A DNA stretch of 64,000 nt from a virus (lineage: Duplodnaviria > Caudoviricetes): the IMG/VR virus record IMGVR_UViG_3300049298_000033, positions 1-64,000 of that record. One strand, given 5' to 3'. The stretch's first letter is position 1. Each line of letters begins with the position of its first letter. The notes under the pieces are model-generated. The model worked only from the letters and a program-made list of their open reading frames with translations. It was not told where the DNA came from and did not search any database. Below, in pieces: positions 8,904 through 18,495 of this stretch. The position numbers and the translations under genes were made by a program.

Positions 8904-9214
8904 CGCTCACCACCATCGCTCCCGTCATCGAGCAGGACGTTCGGGAGCAGATCGAAGACCTCGCCATCCGCGAGATCAATACCCCCGAGGTCGAAGCCGA
9001 AGTCACCGTCGAGCTCGCCCGGCTTGCCGGCCACCGGACGTCCGAGGACCGCGCGTTCTGGTTCGGCGAACTCCAGGAGGCGCTGGTCGACCGGCAACGA
9101 GCGCACGACGGAGACATCCCCGCCGTCGACTGCACCGACGAGCAGTGGACCGAAGCCTGCGACGTCCGAGTCGACGAAGCCTTCCACGAACTGATCGGAC
9201 TCCCCAATGACTGA
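8900..9214 (+). CDS. Hypothetical protein
   Basis: ATGA coupling; acidic helical ORF. Confidence 0.55.
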   Translation: MTLTTIAPVIEQDVREQIEDLAIREINTPEVEAEVTVELARLAGHRTSEDRAFWFGELQEALVDRQRAHDGDIPAVDCTDEQWTEACDVRVDEAFHELIGLPND

Positions 9215-10052
9215 GCAGCAAACCCGGCCGGGCACGGCCGTCGCGAAGCAGCAGACACAAGTAGCGCTCGGATCACCGATCGGCGACCTCGACCAGGCGT
9301 ACAGGCTGTCCCAGGCCCTAGCGATGGCCTCGATCGTCCCGGATGCGTTGCGCGGCAAGCCCGGAAACGTACTGGCGATCATCCTGTATGGCCAAGACCT
9401 GGGCATGTCGCCGATGCAGGCCATCCAAGGCATCTACGTCGTTAAGGGAAAGCCGCAGCTTGCGGGCACGACATGGCTCGCACTCGCACGGCAGGCCGGC
9501 CACAAGATCCGGTTCCTGGACGAAACAGACGAGAGCTGCACGATTGAGATCACCCGCAAGGACGATCCGAAGCGTCCGCACACCGAGACGTTCACGCTTC
9601 AGGACGCGATCACGGCGAAACTCGTCTCAATCAAAGACGGCAGGCCGCATGCGCGGAGCGCCAAAGGCGACCCACTGCCATGGGAGCTCTACACGCGCAC
9701 GATGATCCGGAACCGGGCCATCTCCAACGGAGCAAAGGCCGCCTGCCCGGAGGTCGCACTCGGGTTCGCCATCGAGGGCGACTACGACTACATCGCCGAT
9801 GAGAAGGTCGATGTTGCGCCGCCCGAACACCATGGCGATGTAGTCGACGCCGAGGTCGTACCCGAGCAAGCCGAAGCCGAGGTGGCGGACCTTGCCCAGC
9901 AGTTCGACTTCTCCCAGCCGCCCAAGAACGCCAGTGAGGCGCCTGAGGCTGCGGAGCTTCCGCCGCCACCCGCCGACTATGAATGCAGCACCTGCGAAGC
10001 CGTCGGCGAGCACTACGAAGACGAGTGCCCGAAGGCGGCGACGCCAGAATGA
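9207..10052 (+). CDS. RecT-like single-strand annealing protein
   Basis: IVPDALRGKPGNVL..YGQDLGMSPMQAIQGIYVVKGKP; directly upstream of exonuclease. Confidence 0.8.
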   Translation: MTEQQTRPGTAVAKQQTQVALGSPIGDLDQAYRLSQALAMASIVPDALRGKPGNVLAIILYGQDLGMSPMQAIQGIYVVKGKPQLAGTTWLALARQAGHKIRFLDETDESCTIEITRKDDPKRPHTETFTLQDAITAKLVSIKDGRPHARSAKGDPLPWELYTRTMIRNRAISNGAKAACPEVALGFAIEGDYDYIADEKVDVAPPEHHGDVVDAEVVPEQAEAEVADLAQQFDFSQPPKNASEAPEAAELPPPPADYECSTCEAVGEHYEDECPKAATPE

Positions 10053-10942
10053 CGACCACATCCGAACTCCTTCTCGAATGGGACCGGCGTAAGCCGCGGT
10101 CCCAGCAGAAGGAGCTGGGCATGTCCGAGCTCGGTGGCTGCCGTCGCCGAGCCGGATACCGCCTCGCCGGAGTCGAGCCGTCGAACCCGGCCGGGAGCGT
10201 GCAGGCCGCGATGGGCTCGGCGATCCACCAGGCCATCGCGGAGATCCTCGAAGAGCTCGGCATCGACGGTGTCTCACATGAGCGCGAGGTGCGGTTCGCG
10301 GGCCTCATCGGCCACTACGACCGCACCGAAGGCGACGTCGTCATCGACGTGAAGACGACCTCATCGCGGTGGCTGGAGCACATCAAGCTGCACTGCCCAG
10401 AGATCCCGCACCTGTGGCAGGTGTCCCTGTACGCCGCCGCGCTGAAGCTCGAAGGCCACGCCATCAACCGGGTCCGGATTGACTACCTCGCGCGGGACAC
10501 CGGCGAGGAGTTCATCTGGCCGAACGAACGCGGCGCACTCTTCAACCCGCAGCACGTCCGTGACGCACTGGAGTGGCTTCAGCTCGTCTACGACAGCGAG
10601 CTGGAGATGCTTCCGCGGGACTACGAACCGGACGGCTCGTTCTGCGGCCACTGCCCGTTCTTCACGCTCTGCTGGGACGGCCACGTCCCCGAGCGGAACC
10701 CATGGTCCGTGATGTTCGTGGAGGACCCGGACGCTGGCAAGTGGGCGGACGAACTGTGGGGTCTGCGGCAGCAGATCAAGGCGCTGCAGAAGCGTGAGGA
10801 GCGCATCAAGGCTGCCCTCGACGCGATCCGCCCGGATGACGGCGGGCGCGTGAAGGCGGGGGAGCGGGTTTTGGACTTCCGCCGTAACCCGCGGAACCCG
10901 GAGCTGTTCTCCCTCTACTTCGTGTCGGGAGATGCGGCATGA
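10049..10942 (+). CDS. Cas4/RecB-like PD-(D/E)XK exonuclease
   Basis: SELGGCRRR, GSAIH, GHYD..IDVKT, QVSLYA, CGHCPF..C. Confidence 0.88.
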   Translation: MTTTSELLLEWDRRKPRSQQKELGMSELGGCRRRAGYRLAGVEPSNPAGSVQAAMGSAIHQAIAEILEELGIDGVSHEREVRFAGLIGHYDRTEGDVVIDVKTTSSRWLEHIKLHCPEIPHLWQVSLYAAALKLEGHAINRVRIDYLARDTGEEFIWPNERGALFNPQHVRDALEWLQLVYDSELEMLPRDYEPDGSFCGHCPFFTLCWDGHVPERNPWSVMFVEDPDAGKWADELWGLRQQIKALQKREERIKAALDAIRPDDGGRVKAGERVLDFRRNPRNPELFSLYFVSGDAA

Positions 10943-11412
10943 GGCGCACCGAACTCAAAGCCAAGACGGGACTGAATCGCCGGACTCGCCTCGAGCGCCG
11001 TACCGAGCTGACGAACGGGAGCCAGCTCGAGCGGAAGTCACGGATGCCGCAGCAGTCCGCGAAGAAGCGGGCAAAGCGCCGCACCTGGGAGCAGTTCCGT
11101 CAGGACGTCTACTCCCGCAGCGGAGGAACCTGCGACTTCTGCACGATGTGGATCCCCTGGGACGACTACGAGTGCCACCACCGCCGCCTGCGGTCCCAGG
11201 GCGGTCTGGATGAGATGGCGAACCTCGTCGCACTCCACAAGTTCCCATGTCACGACGAGATTCATCGTTGCCGGCAGATGGCCCGTGAGACCGGCTTAAT
11301 CGTCCACCGTCCCGACGACCCCGCACACACGCCCGTGCTCCGCCACGGCCGCACGTGGGCGCTGCCAGGGGAGACGTGGACTCCTGTCGACCCAGAGGAG
11401 TTGGCGGCATGA
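10939..11412 (+). CDS. HNH endonuclease
   Basis: CDFC..ECHHRRLRSQGG....NLVALH..CH..IH. Confidence 0.85.
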   Translation: MRRTELKAKTGLNRRTRLERRTELTNGSQLERKSRMPQQSAKKRAKRRTWEQFRQDVYSRSGGTCDFCTMWIPWDDYECHHRRLRSQGGLDEMANLVALHKFPCHDEIHRCRQMARETGLIVHRPDDPAHTPVLRHGRTWALPGETWTPVDPEELAA

Positions 11413-11636
11413 ACACCCTCACCGACAGGCAGCGGGACCTCCTTGACGCCATCCGAAAGTCAATGGCCGACCGCGGATACCCGCCGACCGTGAGCGAGCT
11501 CGGCAAGGCGGTCGGCCTCGCCAGCCGCAATGTCGTCGTCCGCCAGCTTCGGATCCTGCAGTTGAAGGGCGCGATCGAGCCGGTCCCCGGCAGCAACCAG
11601 GTCCGTATCCATGACCCCCAGGAGACCTCCCAATGA
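11409..11636 (+). CDS. Stand-alone LexA-type DNA-binding domain
   Basis: LTDRQRDLLDAI..RGYPPTVSELGKAVGLAS..V..QLRILQLKG; no peptidase domain. Confidence 0.85.
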   Translation: MNTLTDRQRDLLDAIRKSMADRGYPPTVSELGKAVGLASRNVVVRQLRILQLKGAIEPVPGSNQVRIHDPQETSQ

Positions 11637-12247
11637 GCACCCCCATCGTGTTCATCGACACCGAAACCACCGGCATTCACCCCGGCCGCAAGGTCTGGGA
11701 GGTCGCCATGATCCGCCGCGACGACAGCGGCGACACCGAGACCGAGTTTTTCGTCGAGGTGGACCTGTCCGACGCCGACCCGTTCGGGCTGAGTGTCGGC
11801 CAGTTCTACGAACGCCACCCCGAGGGCAGGCGCCTGTCCGGCCGCGAGGACCCGCCGCGTCCGCCGCTCCTGATCCCGTACCACGCCGCGCACGAGGTCG
11901 CTCGCATCACCCACGGCGCGCACCTTGTTGGTGCGGTACCGAACTTCGATGCCGAGACCCTTGCTCCGCTGCTCCGGGATCACGGGCTCATTCCTTCGTG
12001 GCACTACCACCTGATCGACGTCGAAGCTCTCACCATCGGCTACTTCCACGGGCGCAAGCACAGCGAGACCGATGACGCGGAGTGGTCGAATGCAGTGCTG
12101 GACGTCGGACTCCCGTGGAAGTCCGAGGAGATGTCCCGCGCGGTCGGCGTCGACCCTGAGCGGTTCGACAGTCACACCGCACTCGGTGACGCGCGCTGGG
12201 CGAAGGCCATCTATGACGCGGTGACGGGTGGCGGCGACCGTGGCTGA
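11633..12247 (+). CDS. DEDDh (DnaQ-like) 3'-5' exonuclease
   Basis: FIDTETTG, PNFD, HTALGDA. Confidence 0.88.
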   Translation: MSTPIVFIDTETTGIHPGRKVWEVAMIRRDDSGDTETEFFVEVDLSDADPFGLSVGQFYERHPEGRRLSGREDPPRPPLLIPYHAAHEVARITHGAHLVGAVPNFDAETLAPLLRDHGLIPSWHYHLIDVEALTIGYFHGRKHSETDDAEWSNAVLDVGLPWKSEEMSRAVGVDPERFDSHTALGDARWAKAIYDAVTGGGDRG

Positions 12248-12575
12248 GCAGATGGATCTCCTCGCCCAGGGACAGGCCGGCCGCGACGAAGGCATCGCCC
12301 GCACCACCGAGGCCGCCAGCGACGACGAGATCACCCGCCTGGACGCGGCAATCGCCCGGATGGCCCACACCGGCGAGGTCTTCTCCGCAAACGACATCAG
12401 GTCCGAACTGGAGGGGATCCGTGGGCCGCTTGTCGGCGCCCGGTTCCGCGCCGCAGCCACGTCAGGACTCATCGCGCCGGTGTCGTACACGCCGTCCACG
12501 GACCCGCGGACGCACCATCACCCGATCCGTACATGGCAAGGGGCCGTGAAATCCCGTGGGGATGTGGCGGCATGA
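12240..12575 (+). CDS. Hypothetical protein
   Basis: Coupled ORF; GRDEGI..FSANDIR..VGARF..W. Confidence 0.65.
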   Translation: MAEQMDLLAQGQAGRDEGIARTTEAASDDEITRLDAAIARMAHTGEVFSANDIRSELEGIRGPLVGARFRAAATSGLIAPVSYTPSTDPRTHHHPIRTWQGAVKSRGDVAA

Positions 12576-12808
12576 GCCACCGCAACGCCACACCGCGATC
12601 AGCGGGCACAGCAACCGTCGTCACCCTCGCGGCGCTCGTGACCGGCTTTGCCGCCGGCATACCAGCCGCCTTGTACGGGATCACCCGCGACTGGGATGTG
12701 ACAGGCCGAACGGTCCTCCTCGCCGCTGTCGTCACCGGAATGGCCGTGGACCTGCTGTGGATGGCGTCGTCTGTCCGCCGCCTGTTCCGCTCGAGGAGGC
12801 AGCCGTGA
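12572..12808 (+). CDS. Two-TM membrane protein
   Basis: Two hydrophobic stretches; coupled. Confidence 0.55.
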   Translation: MSHRNATPRSAGTATVVTLAALVTGFAAGIPAALYGITRDWDVTGRTVLLAAVVTGMAVDLLWMASSVRRLFRSRRQP

Positions 12809-13107
12809 TCCGCCTCGTGTGGGGACTGGCCGTCCTTACCGCGGCCTCCGTTGTCGGTGCCGCGGTGATCGCAGACCTGCTCGTGCATTCCCCCTCGTCG
12901 CTGATCCTGCGGACACTCCGCCACTGGAGCGACATCCGCTACGCCCGCAAGTGGGGCCTGTCGGTTGAGCTGTTGGGCGAATCGGTGCAGGCGCATGTTG
13001 CCGCTGAGATCCGCTGCGACGCGGTCAACAGGTTCGGTGTGTCGGATCAGCAGTGGCGGGAGTTCTGCAACGCGCACCCACTGACGCAGGTGGGCGGTGC
13101 CTCTTGA
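12805..13107 (+). CDS. Membrane protein
   Basis: GAGGAGG RBS; N-terminal hydrophobic helix. Confidence 0.55.
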   Translation: MIRLVWGLAVLTAASVVGAAVIADLLVHSPSSLILRTLRHWSDIRYARKWGLSVELLGESVQAHVAAEIRCDAVNRFGVSDQQWREFCNAHPLTQVGGAS

Positions 13108-13292
13108 AGCCCGCCACGAGACGCCGCGTTGAGAACGGCGCCGCCACCGGTCTGGTCATCGTCGCGGTCGGCCTGCGGGCTGGTCTGTGGCTCGCCGACC
13201 ACACGGCTGTCTTCCTGCCGAAGGTGACGCCTCGCCGCCTCATTGAGGCCGCACGCGAGGACCGCCGCGCACGGAAGGCGGATGCCGCATGA
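13104..13292 (+). CDS. Small membrane protein
   Basis: TTGA coupling; one hydrophobic helix. Confidence 0.45.
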   Translation: MKPATRRRVENGAATGLVIVAVGLRAGLWLADHTAVFLPKVTPRRLIEAAREDRRARKADAA

Positions 13293-13332
13293 CCGCCATC
13301 GAAGACCGCCACAACTTCCCCGGAGCGTCCGC

Positions 13333-15843
13333 ATGACCGTTACCAGTTACCGCGACTTCCTCGAGGCTAAGGCGCAGCTCGCGGTCCCCGCAGGCCTTGA
13401 GGTACACCCTTCCGACGTCCACCCCGCCCTGAAACCGCATCAGCGCGACGCGGTCGTGTGGGCAGTCCGCGGCGGCCGGCGCGCGATCTTCGCCAGTTTC
13501 GGTCTCGGGAAGACGCTCATCCAGCTTGAGATCATCCGGATCGTCCTTGCCAAGCTCGGCCGCGGCCGCGGGCTCGTCGTCCTGCCGCTCGGCGTCCGCC
13601 AGGAATTCGCTCGCGACGCGGAGATCCTCGGCCTCGCCGTGACGTTCATCCGCAGCGCGGACGACGCCAAGGAGGACGGGATCTACACCACGAACTATGA
13701 GACCGTCCGTGACGGCCGCCTCGACCCACGGCACTTCGACGTCGTATCCCTCGATGAGGCTGCGATCCTGCGCGGCTTCGGCGGGACTAAGACCTTCCGC
13801 GAGTTCATGCGCCTCTACGAAGGCAGCTCCAACTACCGGTTCGTGGCCACCGCCACCCCCTCACCCAACGAGTACATCGAGCTCCTGTCCTATGCGGCGT
13901 TCCTTGACGTCATGGACGTCGGCCAGGCCAAGACCCGCTTCTTCAAACGCGACTCCACGAAGGCCGACAAGCTGACCCTGCACCCCCACATGGAGCAGGA
14001 GTTCTGGCTGTGGGTCGCGTCCTGGGCGATGTTCCTGCAGAAGCCGTCCGACCTTGGACACTCCGACGACGGCTACGAGCTGCCACCGCTGGACGTGCGC
14101 TGGCACGAGGTGCCCTCCGACGCCTCGTCCGACGACGGATACGACCGCCATGGACGCGGTCACCTGTTCCGCAACGCCGCCGTCGGCATCCAGGAAGCCG
14201 CCCGTGAGAAGCGCGACAGCCTGACCGGCCGCGTCGCCAAGATGCGGGAACTCGTCGAGGACAGCCCCGACGACCACTTCCTGCTGTGGCACGACCTCGA
14301 GGCCGAACGGCACGCGATCGCTGCCGCGCTGCCTGAGGCCGTTGCCGTGTGGGGCTCCCAGGACCTTGAGGAGCGGGAACGGCGGATCATCGACTTCTCA
14401 GACGGCCGCCTGAAGTACCTGGCCACCAAGCCGGTCATCGCTGGCAGCGGATGCAATTTCCAGCGCCACTGCCACCGGGCCATCTTCGTCGGCATCGGGT
14501 TCAAGTTCGCCGACTTCATCCAGGCGATCCACCGGATCCACCGATTCTTGCAGACCGAACCGGTCCGGATCGACCTGATCTACACCGGGGCCGAGCGGGA
14601 GATTCGCACGCAGCTCGAAGCCAAATGGGCGGCGCACGACAAGCTCGTCGCCCGCATGGGCGAGATCATCCGCACCTACGGGCTCTCGCATGAGGCAATG
14701 TCGCAGACCCTGACCCGGTCGATCGGCGTGCACCGAACCGAACGCGCCGGCGACGGCTACCGACTGGTTAACAACGACACCGTCGAAGAGACCCAGAAAA
14801 TGGCGGCCGGCAGCGTCGACCTGATCGTCACCTCAATCCCGTTCGCCACCCAGTACGAATACACCCCGAGCTACAACGACTTCGGCCACACCGACGACAA
14901 CGCCCACTTTTGGACGCAGATGGACTACCTCACGCCCGAGTTGCTGCGTGTGCTCCAGCCGGGCCGGGTCGCCGCAATCCACGTTAAGGACCGCATCGTG
15001 CCCGGCGGCATGACCGGCCTCGGCTTCCAGACCGTCCAGCCATTCCATGCCGAAGCGATCTCCCACTACACCCGGCACGGGTTCGCCTTCTTGGGTATGA
15101 AAACCATCGTTACCGACGTGGTCCGCGAGAATAACCAGACGTACCGGCTCGGGTGGACCGAGCAGTGCAAAGACGGCACCAAGATGGGCGCCGGTCTCCC
15201 CGAGTACCTGCTGCTGTTCCGAAAGCCACCGTCCGACCCCAGCAATGGGTACGCGGACGTGCCCGTGGTCAAGTCCAAAGAGGCGTACTCGCGGCACCGC
15301 TGGCAGGTCGACGCGCACGGCTTCGCCCGTTCCAACGGCAACCGGCCGCTCATGCGCGAAGACTTTGCCGACCTGCCCGCCGACCATATCTTCAAGCTAT
15401 TCCGCGACCACTACCTCACCGAGGTCTACGACTACGAGGAGCACGTCCACGCCGGCGAGGTCCTCGAGGCGAAGCGGCGCCTGCCCAGCGGGTTCATGCT
15501 GCTACAGCCCCCATCTTGGCACCCGGACGTGTGGACCGACGTGGCCCGGATGCGGACGTTGAACATGATGCAGGAGCGCAAAGGCCAACAGATGCACCTG
15601 TGCCCGCTCCAGTTCGACATCGTCGACCGGGTCATCACCCAGTTCTCCATGGAGGGCGAGACGGTACTCGACCCGTTCGCCGGGCTGATGACCGTCCCGT
15701 ATTGCGCGCTGAAACTCGGTCGCCGTGGGGTTGGCGTCGAGCTTAATCCGGAGTACTTCCGCGATGGTGTGGCGTATGTCGAAGCTGTCGCCCGCGAGGC
15801 CTCGATGCCGACGTTGTTCGACCTCATCGGAGAGGCATCGTGA
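13333..15843 (+). CDS. SNF2-like helicase fused to N6/N4 DNA methyltransferase
   Basis: LKPHQ, FGLGKT, DEAA, TATP, QAIHRIHRFLQ; then VDLIVTSIPF, HLCPLQ, VLDPFAG. Confidence 0.9.
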   Translation: MTVTSYRDFLEAKAQLAVPAGLEVHPSDVHPALKPHQRDAVVWAVRGGRRAIFASFGLGKTLIQLEIIRIVLAKLGRGRGLVVLPLGVRQEFARDAEILGLAVTFIRSADDAKEDGIYTTNYETVRDGRLDPRHFDVVSLDEAAILRGFGGTKTFREFMRLYEGSSNYRFVATATPSPNEYIELLSYAAFLDVMDVGQAKTRFFKRDSTKADKLTLHPHMEQEFWLWVASWAMFLQKPSDLGHSDDGYELPPLDVRWHEVPSDASSDDGYDRHGRGHLFRNAAVGIQEAAREKRDSLTGRVAKMRELVEDSPDDHFLLWHDLEAERHAIAAALPEAVAVWGSQDLEERERRIIDFSDGRLKYLATKPVIAGSGCNFQRHCHRAIFVGIGFKFADFIQAIHRIHRFLQTEPVRIDLIYTGAEREIRTQLEAKWAAHDKLVARMGEIIRTYGLSHEAMSQTLTRSIGVHRTERAGDGYRLVNNDTVEETQKMAAGSVDLIVTSIPFATQYEYTPSYNDFGHTDDNAHFWTQMDYLTPELLRVLQPGRVAAIHVKDRIVPGGMTGLGFQTVQPFHAEAISHYTRHGFAFLGMKTIVTDVVRENNQTYRLGWTEQCKDGTKMGAGLPEYLLLFRKPPSDPSNGYADVPVVKSKEAYSRHRWQVDAHGFARSNGNRPLMREDFADLPADHIFKLFRDHYLTEVYDYEEHVHAGEVLEAKRRLPSGFMLLQPPSWHPDVWTDVARMRTLNMMQERKGQQMHLCPLQFDIVDRVITQFSMEGETVLDPFAGLMTVPYCALKLGRRGVGVELNPEYFRDGVAYVEAVAREASMPTLFDLIGEAS

Positions 15844-16298
15844 CCTCCATCTCCAGGACGCTCCCTCCCTCGGTAGACACCCCGGCCGCTGCGTCGCCGG
15901 GGGAGGGAGCCACCACCCCAAGGTCGTGGCGTATCGCGTTCCCGCCCCAGCAGGAACTTCTGAACGCGAACCAGCGGCTGCACTGGGCCAAGAAGAACGC
16001 CATTACCCAGCAGCTCCGCAGTGATGCGTTCAATCTCGCCAAGCACCACAAGGTCCCGCGCTTGGAGCGTGCCCGCATCGACGGGATCTACGAACCGCCA
16101 GACCGCCGCAAGCGCGACGCCGGGAACTACTACCCAACCTACAAAGCCGCAATCGATGGGCTCGTAGACGCTGGCGTGCTCCCAGATGACGACTCGGAGC
16201 ACTGCAAGGGCCCGTTCATGGACATCGGTGAACGCCACCCCGGCGGCCGAATCGTCCTGATCATCACTGAACTTCCCGAGGAGACTTCCCATGCCTGA
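15840..16298 (+). CDS. RusA-like Holliday junction resolvase
   Basis: LLNANQRLHW..RDAGNYYPTYKAAIDGLVDAGVLPDD. Confidence 0.8.
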   Translation: MTSISRTLPPSVDTPAAASPGEGATTPRSWRIAFPPQQELLNANQRLHWAKKNAITQQLRSDAFNLAKHHKVPRLERARIDGIYEPPDRRKRDAGNYYPTYKAAIDGLVDAGVLPDDDSEHCKGPFMDIGERHPGGRIVLIITELPEETSHA

Positions 16299-16797
16299 CA
16301 CCACCACCGAGACCACGAAACCGCTCGACCTCGACGCCATCGAAGCCCGTGAGAAAGCCGCGACTCCGGGCCCGTATCTGACCGAATGGGACTCCTGCGA
16401 CTGCGGCGACGGCTACGGCTGCAGCCACGGTTCATGGGTCCAGGCGCTTCGCCTGCCCATAGCGCACACCGAACGCGAGGGCGAGCCGAAGCCGTGGGAC
16501 TTCAGCTACAGCGAGGTCAGCGAGTTCACGCCCGAGACGGTGATGTTCTTTGCTGCAGCCCGTGATGACGTTCCCGCTCTCGTGGGCGAGGTAAGGAAGC
16601 TCCGCGCCGCCCTTGATCAGCTGGTGGACGCCGCTGAGGACGTCCTGGCTGAAGCGGAGCAGGCAGAGACCGACGCCTTGTTCTCCGGCGCCGCGGAGCC
16701 CAGCTGCATGCGATCCGCCGGAATGAAGAAGCTCCGCGAAGCCATCAACGCGATCCCGGCCAACACGATCGGCACCAACGAGGCGGTGGCCCTGTGA
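16291..16797 (+). CDS. Hypothetical protein (Ead-like)
   Basis: LDAIEAREKAATPGP..FFAAARDDVPALVGEVRKLR. Confidence 0.7.
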   Translation: MPDTTTETTKPLDLDAIEAREKAATPGPYLTEWDSCDCGDGYGCSHGSWVQALRLPIAHTEREGEPKPWDFSYSEVSEFTPETVMFFAAARDDVPALVGEVRKLRAALDQLVDAAEDVLAEAEQAETDALFSGAAEPSCMRSAGMKKLREAINAIPANTIGTNEAVAL

Positions 16798-17024
16798 TCG
16801 CCGTCCTGCTCCGCTCCGACCATGGTCCGACCGCGTACCCGTTCGACGACGAAGACCGGCCCATCGCCGGAAGGTTCGCCAAGTTCCTGAACGCTGAGGT
16901 CGGGCCGGCTGCGGTTATCCCGTTCGAGACGGTCGGTCCTGACGCCCGTGTCGTGTGGCTGTCGCCACTCAGTGAGCTTCTCACCTGGTACGAGAACGAG
17001 AAGCGCCGGGCGGTGACCCAGTGA
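16794..17024 (+). CDS. Hypothetical protein
   Basis: GTGA coupling on both sides. Confidence 0.5.
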   Translation: MIAVLLRSDHGPTAYPFDDEDRPIAGRFAKFLNAEVGPAAVIPFETVGPDARVVWLSPLSELLTWYENEKRRAVTQ

Positions 17025-17155
17025 GCCTCCTCGACCGTCTCGCCGCCCTTATCCCTGCCGTGGACTGCTGCCCCCACGACGACCTCGACGACGACGTGGA
17101 CACCGTCTACGAGCCTGCGGACACCAGCCACCACGACTACACGGGGAGCGCCTGA
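17021..17155 (+). CDS. Small acidic hypothetical protein (44 aa)
   Basis: Exactly fills the gap between coupled neighbours. Confidence 0.45.
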   Translation: MSLLDRLAALIPAVDCCPHDDLDDDVDTVYEPADTSHHDYTGSA

Positions 17156-17520
17156 TGCTGCCGACCTATGACCAGGCGTGGAGTACCGCCCGCGAAGGCT
17201 CACCTTTCAGCAACTCGACCGAGGGCGAGTGCTGGATGGCAAACAACTGCGGCCGGTGTGTTAACGACGCCAACGAGGACTGCGACCTCGTCCTCATCGC
17301 ACTGATGGGCCGCACGCCCGCCGAGTGGACTGAGGACAAACCGAGCTCGCTTGGCGAGCAGTACCGCTGCATGTACTTCCGCAACGAGGAAGGCGGCGGC
17401 GACCCGGAGCCGCAGCCGATCCCGGACCCGCCTGGCCAGTTGACGATCGCACCGCGGGCGCCGTTCGAGGCGGCACGGATGCTCACCTGCTATCCGCAGC
17501 CTGCCGGGGCGGTGGTCTAG
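17155..17520 (+). CDS. Cys-rich hypothetical protein
   Basis: PFSNSTEGECW..NCGRC..CDL..YRC. Confidence 0.65.
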   Translation: MLPTYDQAWSTAREGSPFSNSTEGECWMANNCGRCVNDANEDCDLVLIALMGRTPAEWTEDKPSSLGEQYRCMYFRNEEGGGDPEPQPIPDPPGQLTIAPRAPFEAARMLTCYPQPAGAVV

Positions 17521-18150
17521 GTGGCACTCGCCAGCCAGATCGACGCCGCTGTCCGTGTCCGCCGCCCATCGATCGGCCTCCAGGCCTTCGACCGGTTCGT
17601 GGTCGTCCAACCCGACAGCAACGACGACACGCAAGACAAGGCGGACGCCGCCCAGTTCGTGAAACGCCTTGGGAACCGCCACGACTGCGCCGGTATGTCA
17701 TGCGCGTACCCGCGGCATGACGAGGACATCGCGGCGACCAACCAGGCGCTGATCCTCGCCGGCCTTGCACCGGACCCGTACCCGTCTGTGGAGCGGGACC
17801 GGAAGATATCGCCCACGACGACGCCCCTCCCAGAGGTCACGCAGGCGATGCGACGCCGGGAAGCGGAGGCGAAGAACCCGCCCCCACCGCTGCCTGACCT
17901 GTCCTGGCAGATCCGCGCTGCATGCCGCGACGAGGACCCGGACCTGTTCTATTCGGCTGATGGTGAGCGCGCCCAGGAGCGGATCGTCAGGGAGGCGAAA
18001 GCCCGCGCGGTCTGCATGGGCTGCCCTGTCACCTCAACGTGCCTGGACTACGCATTGGAGAGGCGTGAGCAGGGCGTCTGGGGCGGCAAGACCGATGACG
18101 AGCGGACGAATGTGCGGCGCCGCCGGACGTGGCGGGCGAAGGCCGCATGA
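17521..18150 (+). CDS. whiB: WhiB-family regulator with N-terminal extension
   Basis: WQIRAAC..DLFY..AVCMGCPV..CLDYAL..GVWGG..ER; start uncertain. Confidence 0.85.
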   Translation: MALASQIDAAVRVRRPSIGLQAFDRFVVVQPDSNDDTQDKADAAQFVKRLGNRHDCAGMSCAYPRHDEDIAATNQALILAGLAPDPYPSVERDRKISPTTTPLPEVTQAMRRREAEAKNPPPPLPDLSWQIRAACRDEDPDLFYSADGERAQERIVREAKARAVCMGCPVTSTCLDYALERREQGVWGGKTDDERTNVRRRRTWRAKAA

Positions 18151-18164
18151 CCGCGGGGGAGGGG

Positions 18165-18380
18165 TCAGGCGCGCGGGGGGATCTTCCCCTTGCCGCGACC
18201 CTCGCGGATGATCCGGCGGACGTAGTCGGGGGAGTACACGAACTCGATCGCCTCGGTGATCTTGTTGGCGTTCTCACCCTTGGCTGCCGCCTTGAGGATC
18301 ACGGCCTTCAGGTTGTCGGGCGCAGTCTTGAGCGCCCTTGCGGCATCCCGCAGCTCCGTCTCCATGGCCTTGTCCTTCAC
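18165..18380 (-). CDS. Small reverse-strand HTH-like protein
   Basis: AVILKAAAKGENANKITEAI..YSPDYVRRIIRE; fills the gap between + genes. Confidence 0.6.
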   Translation of the reverse strand: MKDKAMETELRDAARALKTAPDNLKAVILKAAAKGENANKITEAIEFVYSPDYVRRIIREGRGKGKIPPRA

Positions 18381-18495
18381 GCCCTTCAGCGTCTCACGAG
18401 CGCGCCCTTAAACCTCGCTCGGACTGTACGCATATTGTACCCGCACTGATAGCATGCACTGAGTGCTTACTTTGTCGAGAGGTAGGAGATCCGTC

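Noticed and set aside
10049-10942. Cas4-like gene as evidence for CRISPR
   Set aside because: No repeat-spacer array or other cas gene seen; pairing with a RecT-like gene indicates phage recombination
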